A DNA stretch of 64,000 nucleotides, taken from the NCBI RefSeq assembly GCF_009914755.1, contig NC_060939.1; one strand, written 5' to 3'. The notes beneath the pieces were generated by a model. It was not told where the DNA came from. It made no database searches and worked only from the letters and a program-made list of their open reading frames with translations. This DNA is from the human T2T-CHM13v2.0 reference genome, Homo sapiens. Shown here in pieces: positions 26,404 to 42,605 of this stretch; position 1 is the first letter of the stretch; each line of letters begins with the position of its first letter. Both the position numbers and the translations under genes were made by a program.

Positions 26404-26949
26404 TGTATTAGTCAGGGTTCTCTAGAGGGACAGGACGAATAGGATAGATGTATATTTGAAAGGGCGTTTATTAAGGAGTATTGACTCACACAATCACAAG
26501 GTGAAGTCCCACAATAGGTCCTCTGCAAGCTGAGGAGCAAGGAAGCCAGTCCGAATCCCAAAACCTCAAAAGTAGGGAAGCCAAAAGTGCGGCCTTTAGT
26601 CTGTGGCTGAAGGTCCATGAGCCCGTGGCAAACCACTGTTATATATACAAGAGTCCAAAAGCTGAAGAACTTCGAGTCCAGTGTTTGAGGGCAGGAAGCA
26701 TCCAGCATGGGAGAAAGATGAAGGCTGGAAGACTCAACCTATCTAGTCCTTCCACGTTCTGCCTCCTTTATTCTAGCTGTGCTGGCAGCTGATTAGATGG
26801 TACCCACCCAGATTGAGAGTGGGTCTGCCTCTTCCAGTCCACTGACTCAAATGTTAATCTCCTTTGTCAGCACCCTCACAGACACACCCAGGAGCAATAT
26901 TTTGCATTCTTCAATCCAGTCAAGTTGACACTCAATATTAACTATCACA
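26404..26949 (-). mobile_element. MLT2A2-like ERVL solo LTR, full length
   Basis: 546 bp; tgtattagtcagggttctctagagggacag..caagttgacactcaatattaactatcaca. Confidence 0.92.
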
Positions 26950-26954
26950 ACCAT

Positions 26955-27085
26955 TATTCTTTGATCTGTAAAATGGCAGTCAGAATACTTAGCAAATAGA
27001 TTTGTGTGAAGTTTAAATAAAATGACAAAATTAAATACCCACAATTGTAGAGCCTAGTATGTGGTTAGCAAATATTAGTTTCCCC
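26955..27085 (+). mobile_element. MIR fragment
   Basis: atctgtaaaatgg..ttgtgtgaagtttaaataaaatga..aaatattagtt. Confidence 0.6.
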
Positions 27086-28595
27086 ACCACCTATCTCTCT
27101 GTGACTCAATGTCCATAGCTGGTATCCACAAAGAGAGGGCAAAAGCTTGTAATGTTAGCATAGTTCACAAACTAATGGGTTAGGAGGCTAAGATAAGACA
27201 AATCTTAAATTTTTTCTTGCTCCAAGATTTAAAAATTGTTCATTCAACAGACTTAAAATACAGCAAAAATACACCAGTAACACTCAAAGATAGAAACAGT
27301 GGGTGGATGCTGCCTCTGTGGCCATTGAAAGAGAAGCTAGGTTTTCTAGAATATACAGTTCTGTGAGATGTCACAACAGGGGGTTCTTAATTTTACAGCC
27401 CATGAAAGCATAAAAAGTGACCAGAAACATCAGCAAAATTCTGAAAACAACATCTCATTGCTGTTTCTGTTTGGAGACGTGTAGATGTTGACAACAAAAA
27501 TATCCATGAAAGTACAAGCCTCCCAGCTCCATCACATGTCCAAGACTCACTGGAAGTGAGGAGAACCTTTGAGGTTGGCCTTAAAGTCACACAGGGTGGG
27601 GTATAATACTAAGTAAGAGAAGGTCCACACTGGTTTAATAAAGCCTCAGAGAAGGGTAGAAATCCACATATCAAGTCTCCTCCATGCTGCCTTCAGACAG
27701 TTGCTAAGTGAAGATTAATAAGATTAATATTAAATAAGAATAGGTTTAGGGTAAAGCTCTGAACATTAAGTATAAGCAAGATTGGTCTTTTCTAGAACCA
27801 GCTTTTGGTTTTATCGATTTGCCCCTATTGTTTTTCTGTTTTCAATTTCACATATTTTTTGCTCTAAATTTACTATTTCTTTTACTCTACTTCTTTTAGG
27901 TTCAAATTGCTCTCTAGTTTTTTCAGGTGGAAGCTTAGATTATTGATTTAAGATTCTGCTTTTCTAATATATGCATTTAATGTTTTAAATTTCCCTCTTT
28001 TGCTGCATCCCACAGATTTTAATAGGTTGTATTTCCATTTTCATTAAGTCAAAACATTTTAAAATTCCTCTTGAGACTTCTTTGACTATATTACTTAGGC
28101 AGGTTTTCAAATATTTGGATATTGTACAGCTATATTTCTAGTATTGATTTTTAGTTTAATTCCATTGTGGTCTGGAAACATGCTTTGTATGACTTCTGCT
28201 ATTTAAAATTTGCTAAAGTGTGGGTCTATCTTGTAGAATGTCCCATATGAGCTTGAGAACAATGTGTATTCTGCTGTTTTTGGATTCAGATTAAGTTGAT
28301 TGACAGTGATGTTCAGCTCAACTCTATTCTGACTAATGTTCTATGTGCTTGATCTATTAATTACTGAATTAGGGATGCTTAAGTCTCTGACTACAATAGT
28401 GGAATTTTATATTTCACCTTGAATTTCTGTCAATTTTGCCTCACATATTTTGATGCTCTGTTGTTAGAAACGTACATATTAAGGGCCATTATTATATTTT
28501 CTTGGAGAATTGGCCTATTACTGATGGCTTTGTTATTTAACGTTCCTCTTCATCCCTGAAATTTTTTTTCTCTGAACTCTGTGCTTTGAAATTAA

Positions 28596-29031
<436 letters not shown>

Positions 29032-29032
29032 C

Positions 29033-29242
29033 TTTGTTTTCTTTTTAAAGACAGGGTCTTGCTCATTGCCCAGGCTGGAGTGCAGTGTGATGATCTCAAC
29101 TCACTGCAACCTCTGCCTCCTGGGTTCAAGTGATCCTCCTTCCTCAGTCTCCTGAGTAGCTGAGACTACAAGCATGCACTACCATGCCAGGCTAATTTTT
29201 GTATTCTTAAGTAGAGACAGGGTTTTGCCATGTTGGCCAGGC
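29033..29242 (-). mobile_element. 5'-truncated older Alu
   Basis: Right arm plus the end of the left arm; TSD ttaaagtgg(g/a)tttct brackets both this Alu and the AluY. Confidence 0.92.
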
Positions 29243-29398
29243 TTAAAGTGGATTTCTCATGGACAAGGTATAGTTGGGTCTTGTATTTTTACATTTGGAT
29301 TAATATCTACTATGTTTGTAACTGTTTTCTATTCATTGCATTTTCCTTTATTCTCTGCCTTTTATAATTTTATTTATTTAGTTATTATTTTTAGGTCA

Positions 29399-29690
29399 TT
29401 TTTTTTTTAAAAGCAGGGTCTCACTCTGTCACTCAAACTGGAATACAGTAGTGTGATCATAGCTCATTGTAACCTCAAATGCCTGGGCTCAAATGATCCT
29501 CCAACCTCAGCCTCCTGAGTAGTTTGGACTACAGGTGTGCATCACTGTACCCAGCTAATTTTTTAACTTTTTGTAGATATGGGGTTTTGCTATGTTGTCC
29601 AAGCTGGTTTCAAACTCCTGGCCTCAAGTGATTCTCCAGCCTCGGCTTCTCAAAGTGCTGGAATTATAGGTGTGAGCCACCATGCCTAGG
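29399..29690 (-). mobile_element. AluJ
   Basis: gggctcaaatgatcctcc, ttgctatgttgtccaagctgg are J-type; diverged. Confidence 0.92.
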
Positions 29691-32600
29691 CTTTGGTTTT
29701 AATTAGGCATTTTATATGATTCCATTTTATCTCCTGTTTTAACATATACATTTTACTTCTTTTAAAAAATTTAGTTGTTGTCCTAGAGCTTGCAATATGT
29801 ATTTTTAATTAATCTCAGCCCATTTTAAAATAACATTATATTGCTTCATTTAAAGTATAGTCACCTTATAACAAAGTATTCCCAATTCCATCTCTTATAA
29901 CCTCATTATCATTCATTTTCCTTATCTATATGTTATAATCTCCTAATAAATTGCTACTACTATACTTTAGGCAATGCATTATATTTTATATATTTTAAGA
30001 ACAAGAAAAATAAAGGACTTGATTCTATAATAGATTCATTTATTCCTCCCCCAATATTCTTTCTTTCTTTATATAGATAGGAGTTTCTTATATATATGTC
30101 ATTTTTCCTCTTCCTGAAAAACATCTTTCAATATTTCTTTCAGGTTTGTTGTCAATAAATTTTCTCAGTTTTTGTTTTCCTATTTATCCTTCACTTATAA
30201 AGGATAATTTTCCTGGATACAAAATTCTAAGTTGGTAAATTTTGTTATTGAACATTAAATATTTCACCCCATTCTCTTCTTTTGTACATGATTTCTGGTG
30301 AGAATTCTGCTGTAACTCTTATTCTTTTTTTTTCTATAGATAAGGCTTTTTTTCCCCTTGTCTTCTTTCAATATGTCCTCTTTGTCTTTGGTTTGCTGCT
30401 GTTTAGATATGATATGGCTAACTGTAAGTGTTTTGTTGTTTTGTCTTATTTTGTTTGTTTGTCTGGTACTTATCGGGCTTTGTGTTTTGCATCTGTGGTT
30501 TAGTATTTGTCATTAATTTTGGAAAGTTCCCAGCCATTATTACTTCAAACAATTACTTACTGTTTTGCTCTGTTCTCACTTTCCTATCTTCTAGTATGTC
30601 AAATATGCATATGTCATACCCACAATTCTTGAATTTTTTTCATTTTTAAAATATTATTATTCATTTTCCTCCCTATGTTTTTGTGTGGGGAGTTTGTATT
30701 GACTGTGGTCAAGCTCATAGATTCTTTCTTTAGCTTTGCCCAGTCTACTGATAAGTCCATTAAAGGTATTGCTCATTTCTGTTGTACACATTTTTATTTC
30801 TAGCATTTTAAAAAATTCTTGCTTAGAGTTTTTATCACTCAGCTTATATTATTCACTTATTTTTCACATTATCTACTTTTTCTATTAAAAACCTTATCAT
30901 ATAAATCATAGTTTAAAATTTTCTTCTCTGATAATACTAGCATTTTTGTCATATTGAATGTAGTAATGTTGATTGATTCTTTTCCTCTTCAAATTGTGTT
31001 ATCTCTTACATTCCAACATGATTTGTAAGTCTTTGTTAAAAGCTGAACACCACATACTGCATAATGGAAACTGAGATAAGCACGATCTTAATGTATGGTT
31101 TTAAGTTAGTTTGGGTCAGCGTTGGACAATGTTTAGTGTTTGATATAGGTGTAGGTGCCAGATATTTCAAATCCCTCTAGGGTCCTTATTTTTGTCTCCC
31201 TTATTGACTTTGAGTGCCTTGAGGACTGCTACTCAGAGAGGGTCTATCTGAATCTTGCTGCTCTTTCAGGTTTAATCCACTATTATACGTGAACCCTGTT
31301 GATATGGTAGTAAGATGTTGGGAAGGGAAGATATTCTATAATTTTATTATTAAATCTCATTATTTTAACAGGGAGAGCTCTACATGTTAGTATGGAGTAA
31401 ATAAAAATAAAATTAATTATGGAATAAAGTAAAATAAAAGCAAGATGTGTAAGAGTATATCGGGCAGGCTAACTTTTGTTTAAAAAGTATAGGTACATTT
31501 TCGAAATATAGTTACTTATATTTTCAGAACAAATTAATGAAAGGATAAACATAAACCTAGGTAAAATAATCTCCTCCCTGGGGAGACAGAGAACAAAACA
31601 GAAAAAGAGAGTGGTAACGAAACTTAAGTGAATATACTTTATTACATAATTTGGTATTAGATAAATATATACTTTAAAAAAGTTATTTTGACAAAAAAGG
31701 GGAAAAAGTAATATCTAAACTTAAGAGCAAGTGTAAATAAATGAACAAAATATCTATATCAAAAGATTGCATAATCACACAGAGAAAATAATTATTTCAA
31801 GTGACTTTAAACACCATATTTCAACTGAGCACCTCCAGTAAGATGTATTGTAAAGGAAAAGTACTCACAATAATTTTTAAGCTTTTTTAGTATTATTATT
31901 GTTAGTAATATTTACAGTCTTATTTTGAAACTATTATAGTTATTCTATAAGTTGATACAAATAAGTAATTTTGAATATATTAGAAACAGAATTTTTGTGT
32001 AGAAAAAATACAAGTTTAAAATCAAAGTCATTTAATAATTGTAATTTTGAAGTGGAATCATCAATTTAAATTATGACTATTTTTTCCCTTAAAAAATATA
32101 TATATATATATTTTTTCTTTTTTCTCTTTACTGAAAAGGCCTAGAAGCGAAGACACATAGAAGCAATGTGTAGCTAGACTGTTGTCCTAAATGCCATTTC
32201 CTACCAGGAAGGAACCAGAGTCTTTGCAGAAATGTATCATTTCACATCTGGGTAAGGAAATGTCTGAGAAGGATCAGATATATTGTGGGTCAGAAAGCAA
32301 CGGAGCTGTCAAAGTGAACTCATGCAACGGTATCAAAAGGATTCAAAAGAATTCAGTTGATAAAAGTCGGTATAGACCCATTTCTTCCCACTCTTCCCTG
32401 CTAAGTATAACTGTAACCCCTGAAAATTACTCAAGAGACAACCAAAGGAGAACTCTAAACACTAGTGGAAGAAGATTAACTGATTTGGGACCCTAAGAAC
32501 AACATAGTGGCAGGGTGACACTCATGCCTCCTTTCAAAAGAACAAGGACACCTAGACCCAGTATTTTCCTACCTCAGCAGAGCAACAGATGGAAGCCCAC

Positions 32601-33672
32601 GTAGGCTCATTGCTCTCCTGGATCCATCAGCAGCCCCTCTGCATCAGGCGAGCCCAACACTACCTTTGAGGAGGAATCAATTTGGAGACCTATCAATAAG
32701 CAGTGAGGGGAATCACTCTCCTTCCTCAAGCAGCACCAGCAAGAACCAGTGGGAGCCCGAGAAACACCAGACATGTTAAGTAGTCCAATGTAACACCACA
32801 AAGTCTCTGAAAATTAAACTGCCATTGGAACCATAGCCTAAAAAAGTTGGCCAAGACTTACGTATGTGATAAATCTAAACAGGGTGACTGCCACTTAAAA
32901 TAAAAGATTTAAAGAGGACCCCAGAGTCTCTTAACATACTAGACAAAATGTTGAGGATACAGTAGAAAATTACCCATCACACCAAGAACCAAGGAAATGA
33001 CAACTCGAATGAGAAAGAAAATCACCTGACACTGCACTAAGTTCAATGTTGGAATTATCTGACAAGGATTTTAAATTATATTTGATCATTGAAACAAAAA
33101 TTATAACACAATACTTAAGGTAATGATATTTAAGAGTGAAGAAGATGGCTTCCTAAACAGAATGAAGTTTCCATACTATATTTGAAGTCATAAAATGTTG
33201 ACACTGGTAGATTATTACATATATATTTTGTAATGCCCAGGGCAACCACTACAGAAACTATACACAAAAATACACCCCAAATGCTATAAATAAATCAAGA
33301 TGGAATTCTAGAAAAAAAAAATTCAAGCAACCAACAGAATGGCAATAACAAGAAATAGAAAAAAATAGAAAATAAGCTATAAAATGGCAGATTTGAATAC
33401 TAACATATCATTAAGTTCCTTATATATAAGTGGTCTAAATACACCAATCAAAAGGCAGAGTTTAGCAAAGTGGATTTAGAAAATCCTGACTCAATTATAT
33501 GAAAGAGGCATAACAATCAAATGCAATATGTAGAACCGTTGATTTTGATCTGAACAAGCTAGTTGTAAACAGGTATCTTTGGCATTAATTAGGAGAATGT
33601 GAATATGGATGGTTAATTAGATAATAAGAATTTTTTTAATTTTTTTATAGTTGTGCTTATGACTCATAGTCA

Positions 33673-34013
<341 letters not shown>

Positions 34014-34089
34014 TTATTAAATTATGGAAGGACAAAATTATAGGCTGTCTGGTATTTTAAAAAATGCTCCAGGAAAACAAAAAATGTGA

Positions 34090-35708
<1,619 letters not shown>

Positions 35709-37064
35709 TTAAAAATGTTTGTTTTTATACTTTCTTTCTCTTTTAAACTCAGTGAAAACTTTCTAAACTTTAAAATAAGCCATCTATACTCTCAAACCTG
35801 CTGTTTTGGTCACAAAGCTTCATCTGTTGTTTTGTTTCTGTTCGGGGCTGATTTGAATGAACTGATGAACTTAACTAAACACAGCAGAGAATTGCTCAAT
35901 CCCCTTTTACTTTCTTGCTAATTAAATTTTGAATGTCTGCTGTGGAAAAGGGAGGTGGGAAGATTTTAGAACTCCAATTAATTGCAGATGCTTAATCACA
36001 CCAGCTGAAAGCTGGCAAGCCACCCCATAATTTACATAGTCTGTCGACTGGACAGCTGTGGCTGGGAATGGGCAGGGATGGGTGGGGTGCAAGCCCCTTC
36101 ACCCCAGTGCTGGCGTCGTAGTGCTTGCCATAACAGACATTTGTGAAAACCTTTCACCCTCCCCATTGCTGTCTTCACTTTTCCTGGCCTCTGTATATTC
36201 CTCTGATGCATTTCTTAGGGTCCTTAAGCCTCCTTGGCTATTTTGCAATTCAGTAAGTTTGTTGTAGGTGTGGCTCAAAATTAAAGAGTAGAGACAGAAA
36301 GACAAGGATGGATCAAGTTGGTTTTTTTTTTTCTTTGTAGTCCTTTAAATACTAATTTTTTTTTTTTTTTTTACCTAAATAATTGTCAGAATCTTCAGAA
36401 AGGCAAAGTCTCCTGGTTGCTCCCAAGATTGGCAATAAGAATGGCTCATCTTATTCATTCTCCAAACACTGGGGCCACCCAGAATTTATTATTTTCTCCT
36501 TGTTTTGGATATGTGTATATGTGTGTGTTGGGGTGTCAGTATTCAAGCACATGTGCTGGATGCTAAAACACACACATGGCCTTGGCCTTAAATGTTCAGC
36601 TGTGTCTGCTCCACACCCTGACATTAAAATAAACTGTCTTTTGGAATAAGATTCTATCCCCTAGACTCCTGGTTGAAGAGGATTTTAAGCTTGTGAACTC
36701 TGCTTACCCTAAGCACTGAAAAAGATTAGGAACAATCAAATCAACCAGGTATGCATCGTTCTCAGTGTCAAGTTAAACTTTTAAATCTAGAAAGTAAATG
36801 TTGCTGAAGTCTGGGTCGTGGAGACCAGTCTGCAGAGGTGAGTGTGCAGTTGTGCATGAACAGTGCTTGCTTGGAGCTTTGTCAAGTCTAATTCATGGAG
36901 AGGGAGGGATGTGAGACCTGCCATGAGCAGTATGTCAATTTCAGTTAAATGATGCCTATAATGTGCCTTCACATGTGTTTTCTCATTTTATCTTCATAAT
37001 AGTTCTGTAGACAGGTGAATAAGACACAGAGATGTGCGGCAGTTTGTCTAGGGTCCCCTAATTA

Positions 37065-38320
37065 TTTCATTGATTCATTCATTTATTCATTCATTAATGT
37101 ATTTATCCTTTACTATGATCTTATTTTGTACTAGCCACTGTATGATGTGTCTGGGATATAGGTTAGAAAAATAAACATGACTCTTCCTCTCATGCGGTCA
37201 TACACTAGTGGAGAAGAGTGGTTTAAATCAAATATATAAATAATCACACCAATAATTGAATAACGGCAGACTGAGGTAAATGCCATGGAGGAAAGGAATG
37301 CTGATCTTGAAGAGTGCATCATATACGGAACATGACTCGGACTCCTGGGGTCTTTAAGGAGGTGATGGTGAACCTGAGATGTGAAAGATGACAAGAGTCA
37401 GCCAGATCAAGTGGGCTGAGTAGGGGAAGAGCATTCCAGACAGAAAGGTCAGTACACAGAAAAAACCTGAGAGGCTGCATTTTTAAAAACTACAAGGCTA
37501 GGGATGCTGAAGTTAGAGACCAACTTGGAGCATGACTCGAGAGGAGAATGGAGAAAGAGTCAAGTTTCGGATCATGCAGGGGAGAAACAGGAAATTGCTA
37601 TGAAGATCTTACTATTGTCAGTCAAACAGACAATGGCTTGGAGGCCATATGAGTTAATATTATTTGGAGTTTGCATAAGAGTAGCTGATAGCATTAGCTA
37701 GGTTATTGGCAGGGCAGATGGAGATGTCTGGATACATTGCAAGATTGCTTAGGAGACAAAATCAATAGCACTTGGTGATAATTTGAGTATCAGAGTTGAA
37801 AGAAATGAAAATAACTAGGATGATTCCTGGCCTGGTTACCTATGCAGTTGAATAGATTTAAGAGAGCTGGCTTGGGGTGCAGAGAGATTCAAAGTTTGGT
37901 CCTGGGTTGATTGTGGCAGGATCAATGTGGTTAATATGGCTTGCAGGCCTCCAAAAAGAGATTCTGAATGGCCAGCTGGGTATATAGGTCTGAAGTTCAG
38001 AGAAGAGTCTTTGAGTGAAAGATTGTTTGAGAGTCATCAGCATTTAAGTAGTAGCTATGGGTGGAGATTATCTTGCTTGAGACAGTGATAATGACAAAAG
38101 ACAAGACCTGGGACATCATGTTGAGAAATTCCATCAGGTGGGTTGGGGCATGAGGATGAGCCTGCCAAAGCTAAGGAAACCCGAGGATGAAAGGAGATAA
38201 AAAGGAATGTAGGATCCTGGAAGCCAAGGAAGATATTTCCAGAAGGAGCATGAACAGTGCCATATGCCTTGGGTCAGGTAAGATGAGGACTGGAGGGGTC
38301 CCATTAAGTCTGTAATATGG
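37065..38320 (-). mobile_element. L2 (3' ~1.2 kb), preceded by a MIR fragment at ~36945-37060
   Basis: (ttca)n tail at 37066-37095; agagcattccagacagaaagg; taactaggatgattcctgg; ggtcaggtaagatgaggactg. Confidence 0.8.
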
Positions 38321-38650
38321 TTCTTAGACTGTCAACTGGAACCTTCTACCTCACTTTTGAAAATTAAGACTCTTCTTTGGAAAGAAAATGTTTGCACCCC
38401 ACATCTCCCTCTACAGCCCACTCTAATTTTCTCTGTCTTTGCACAAACTTCTTGAAAGTATTTTTTGTGTGCTCACTCTCTCCATTCCCCCTCTTTTCTT
38501 TGAGTCTGCCACCCACTCAAACCCACTTCTTCTCCATTCCCCTACCCACACTCTTCTGCTTCCAGTGTGCCCTTTGCATTTTATATCATGGCAATGTGAT
38601 ATGGTTTGGCTGTGTACCCACTCAATATGTCACCCCAAATTTTAATCCCT

Positions 38651-38934
38651 GGCCAGATGTGGTGGCTCATGCCTATAATTCCAGCAGTTTGGGAGACCGA
38701 GGTGTGTGGATCACCTGAAGTCAGGAGTTCGAGACCAACCTGGCCAACATGGTGAAACCCCATCTGTACTAAAAATACAGAAATTAGCCAGGCATGGTGG
38801 TGCACGCCTGTAATCCCAGCTACTCAGGAGGCTTGAACCTGGAAGGCAGAGGTTGCACTGAGCCAAGATTGTGCCACTGCACTCCAGCCTGGGCAACAGA
38901 GCAAGCCTTCATCTCAAAAAAAAAAAAAAAAAAA
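38651..38934 (+). mobile_element. Alu (AluSx-like) with ~17-bp right-arm deletion, nested in THE1
   Basis: Dimer; tactcaggaggcttgaacc lacks tgaggcaggagaatcgc; TSD ttaatccc. Confidence 0.96.
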
Positions 38935-39232
38935 TTAATCCCCATAATCTCCATTATCACCACGTGTCAAGGGAGAGACCAGGTGGCGGTGTTTGAGTCA
39001 TGGGGGCTCTTTCTGCATGCTGTTCTCATGATAGTGAGTGAGTTCTCCCAACATCTAATGGTTTTATAAGTGTTTGGTAGTTCCTCTTGCATTCATTCTC
39101 TTTCTTGCCGCCTTGTGAAGAAGGTGACTTGCTTCCCTTTTGCCTTCTACCATGACTGAGGCCTTCCCAGCATACTGAACTGTGAGTCAATTAAACCTCT
39201 TTTCTTTATAAATTACTGAGTTTCAGGCAGTT

Positions 39233-39974
39233 GGGGTTTTTAAAATTTTATTTCCATAGGTTTTTGGGGAGCAGGTGGTATTTGGTTACATGAGTAAGTT
39301 CTTTAGTGGTGATTTGTGAGATATTTGTGCACCCATCTCCCAAGCAGTATATACTGAACCCAATTTATCCCTCACCCTCTTCCCACTCTTTCCTTCTCAG
39401 TCCCAAAGTCCATCATCTCATTCTTATGCCTTTGTGCATCATGGCTTAGCACCCACATATCAGGGAGAACATACGATGTTTGGTTTTCCGTTTCTGCGTT
39501 ACTTCACTTAGAATAATAGTCTCTAATCCTATCCAGGTTGCTATGAATGCCATTAATTCATTCCTTTTTATGGTTGAGTAGTGTTCCATCATGTTTCTTT
39601 ATTCTATTCATACGGTTTCTTTATCTATTCACTGATTTATGGGCATTTGGGTTGGTTCTACATTTTTGCAATTGTGAATTATGCTGCTATAAACATGCAT
39701 GAGCAAGTATTTTTTTGGTATAATGACTTCTTTTTCTCTGGGTAGATCCAGTGGGATTGCTGGATCAAATGGTAGTTGTACTTTTATTTCTTTAAGGAAT
39801 CTCCACACTGTTTTCCATAGTGTTTGTAGTACTGTACATTCCCACCAGCAGTGTAGAAGTGTTCCCTTTTCACCATATCCACACCAACATCTATTGTTTT
39901 TAATTTTTTAATTATGGCCATTCTTGCAGGAGTAAGGTTGTATCACATTGTGGTTTCGATTTGCATTTCCCTGA
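39233..39974 (-). mobile_element. 5'-truncated L1PB, nested in THE1
   Basis: tttccataggtttttgggga.caggtggtatttggttacatgagtaagttctttagtggtgatt is the L1PB 3' end, antisense. Confidence 0.88.
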
Positions 39975-40536
39975 AAATGGACTAATACATGATGTTTGCA
40001 TAGTAACATTTTGATTCACATATTTACATTTATAAATATTTTTATTTTTACATCTGCTTTGGATGTCCTATATAAAAAAGTTTTCATGCCCAAAATTTAT
40101 AAAAATTTCACTAATATTTTTATTATTTTATGCTTTTATATTTTATATTTAATTCATCAGTAATTACTTTTAGTATCAAGTATGAGGTAAAGATTTAACT
40201 TTCTTTGGCTCTAGGTTGCTAGATAGTTGTTTCAGAAGCATATACTGAATGCCTTCCTCATCAATTGGAAATGGGATCTTTATTGCTCTTCTTTTAGATT
40301 CATGGAATGAACTATTCAAAGCTCTTTTCATCCACAGTCTCATAGACTGGCAAATCAATAAGAATTGGGAAGACAAAACTCTTAGAAAATTGAAAAAATC
40401 AGCAATCTTCAACACAATGTTCAGAACACAGAAAGTATTGCACTTCTGGTGCTTAACTGTATCAACAAAAAATGATAATAAAAGGGAAAAATGGCCTAAA
40501 ATGAATCATTTCCTATAGCAATAACAAGAGCAAGGC

Positions 40537-40577
40537 ACACATACACACACACACACACAAACACAAACACACACACC
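40537..40577. repeat. Imperfect (CA)n
   Basis: Direct reading. Confidence 0.9.
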
Positions 40578-41058
40578 CCAATGTGCTAATATTATTATTA
40601 ACCCTGGCAGGCAATACTTTTTGTGAAGTAGGGTTTTTTTTTCATTTGTTTTTTGATTTGCTTGAAACCTGATTCCATCATATGGGATACTCAATATCCC
40701 CAAATGCTTATCAAATTATTACTTTCAACTTACCTGAAATTCCAAATCACTGGCTTTAGTGTTGCTAGACCAAAATTTCTGGCCTTGACTTTATTAGATT
40801 GAGAGTCACTTAAGGTCAGTCAGCTCCTATCTGCTTGCAGCGTGGTCTCTGGTGCACAGAGCTCGATGCCAGGAAATACTGTCCTGCAATGATTCATTCC
40901 CTTTTATTGGCTACGTAGTCATAGGTTGGACTCTATATTAGGAAGATGAACAACAGGTATTTTGTGCCATTAAGGCAAGTACAGTTTATAGTGGAAAAAA
41001 GGCAAATAAACTTATAATTAAGATAAATAAGAGAATTTCTACATAAATTTAGAAATTA

Positions 41059-41407
<349 letters not shown>

Positions 41408-41879
41408 CTATTTTGGCAAATGTAAGCTGTATATGGCAGAGAAGCAAGAATCTTCTGGCTAGAGAAGGAAGAAATATGCACATGGTACAGAGACGACAAC
41501 ATGAAGAGAGACACAGAAGCCCCACAGGGTGCTGCCTGCTTGAGGAAGGAGCCACGGCTTATGGTGGCTGGAAGAGCCTGAGAGGAGCACAGCAACTGCA
41601 CATGGAGAGATGCAGCTGGCATCACCTTGTAGGACTCTCTGTACCAGTCTAAAGAGTTTAGTCTTCATCTTAGAGAGCTGTAGGAATGCTCAGGCAAAGG
41701 GGAGGTGTAATCAGAACTATGGTTTGGATAGATCATGCAGACGGCATCAAGAAGGATATGTGGGAAGAGGAATGGGTGGGGGACTGGAGAGAAGAACTGG
41801 TGGGGGACATTCTGCAATAATACAAGGATGGAAGCTTCAATTTAAATAGGATCCAAATACTTGTTACTAACTCTATGTC

Positions 41880-42605
41880 TGATCCTAGGCACCTTGACTG
41901 TTGCCTGCAGTATTGCACCAGACTCTTAATTTGGATTCCTGCTTAGGACCTTGTGTCACTACAGGCTATTCTTAAGGCAGCAGCCCCAGTGGTCCTCTTG
42001 AAATCTAAGCCAGAGTCAGTTCATGTCACTGCCCATTACAAAACTTTCCAGTGTTCCCATTTTAATTACAGCAAAAGATGTGGTCCATACAATGGCCCAC
42101 AAATCCCTACATAGTCTGGCCCATTGACCTCTCTGTTTTATCTCCCAGGACTCTCTCCAATTGTCGCTTGGCTCCAGACATGGTGGCACCCTCTCCCCGC
42201 CTCCAACATGCAAGGAAATTCTTGCCTCAGGCCTTTGAAATAGCTGTTGCTTTAGCCTGGAATGTTTTTCCCTACCTATCTGTATAGTGAACTCTGTTAC
42301 CTTCTGTAAGTCTTTGTTCAAATGTCACATTGACCACCATATTTGAATCGCCACCTACTTCAGCACTCCTATTCTTCCTTATCCAGCTCCACTTTTTCTT
42401 TATTCCCTCACAGCACTTACCACCTTCTCCCATAGTAAAATAATTTACTCGATTATTAAGTATATTGTCCTGTTGTCCTCTGCTGAAATGTAGACTCCAT
42501 GGTAGCAGGCGTTTGGGTTTCATTTCCTGATGGATTCCAACTATCTTAGAGACTGGCTGAACATGGTATAGATTCAATAAATATTCATCAATGAAAGAAT
42601 AAGTG
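41880..42605 (+). mobile_element. L2a-like 3' end
   Basis: gcctcaggcctttg..gcctggaatgtt..aaatgtcac..aataaatattcatcaatgaaagaat. Confidence 0.85.

Larger units (their letters stand above)
38597..39989 (+). mobile_element. THE1D-like MaLR solo LTR, interrupted by an Alu and an L1PB
   Basis: tgatatggtttggctgtgt..ctgtgagtcaattaaacctctt..; terminal tgaaaatggactaataca at 39972-39989; TSD caatg/tgatg. Confidence 0.9.
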
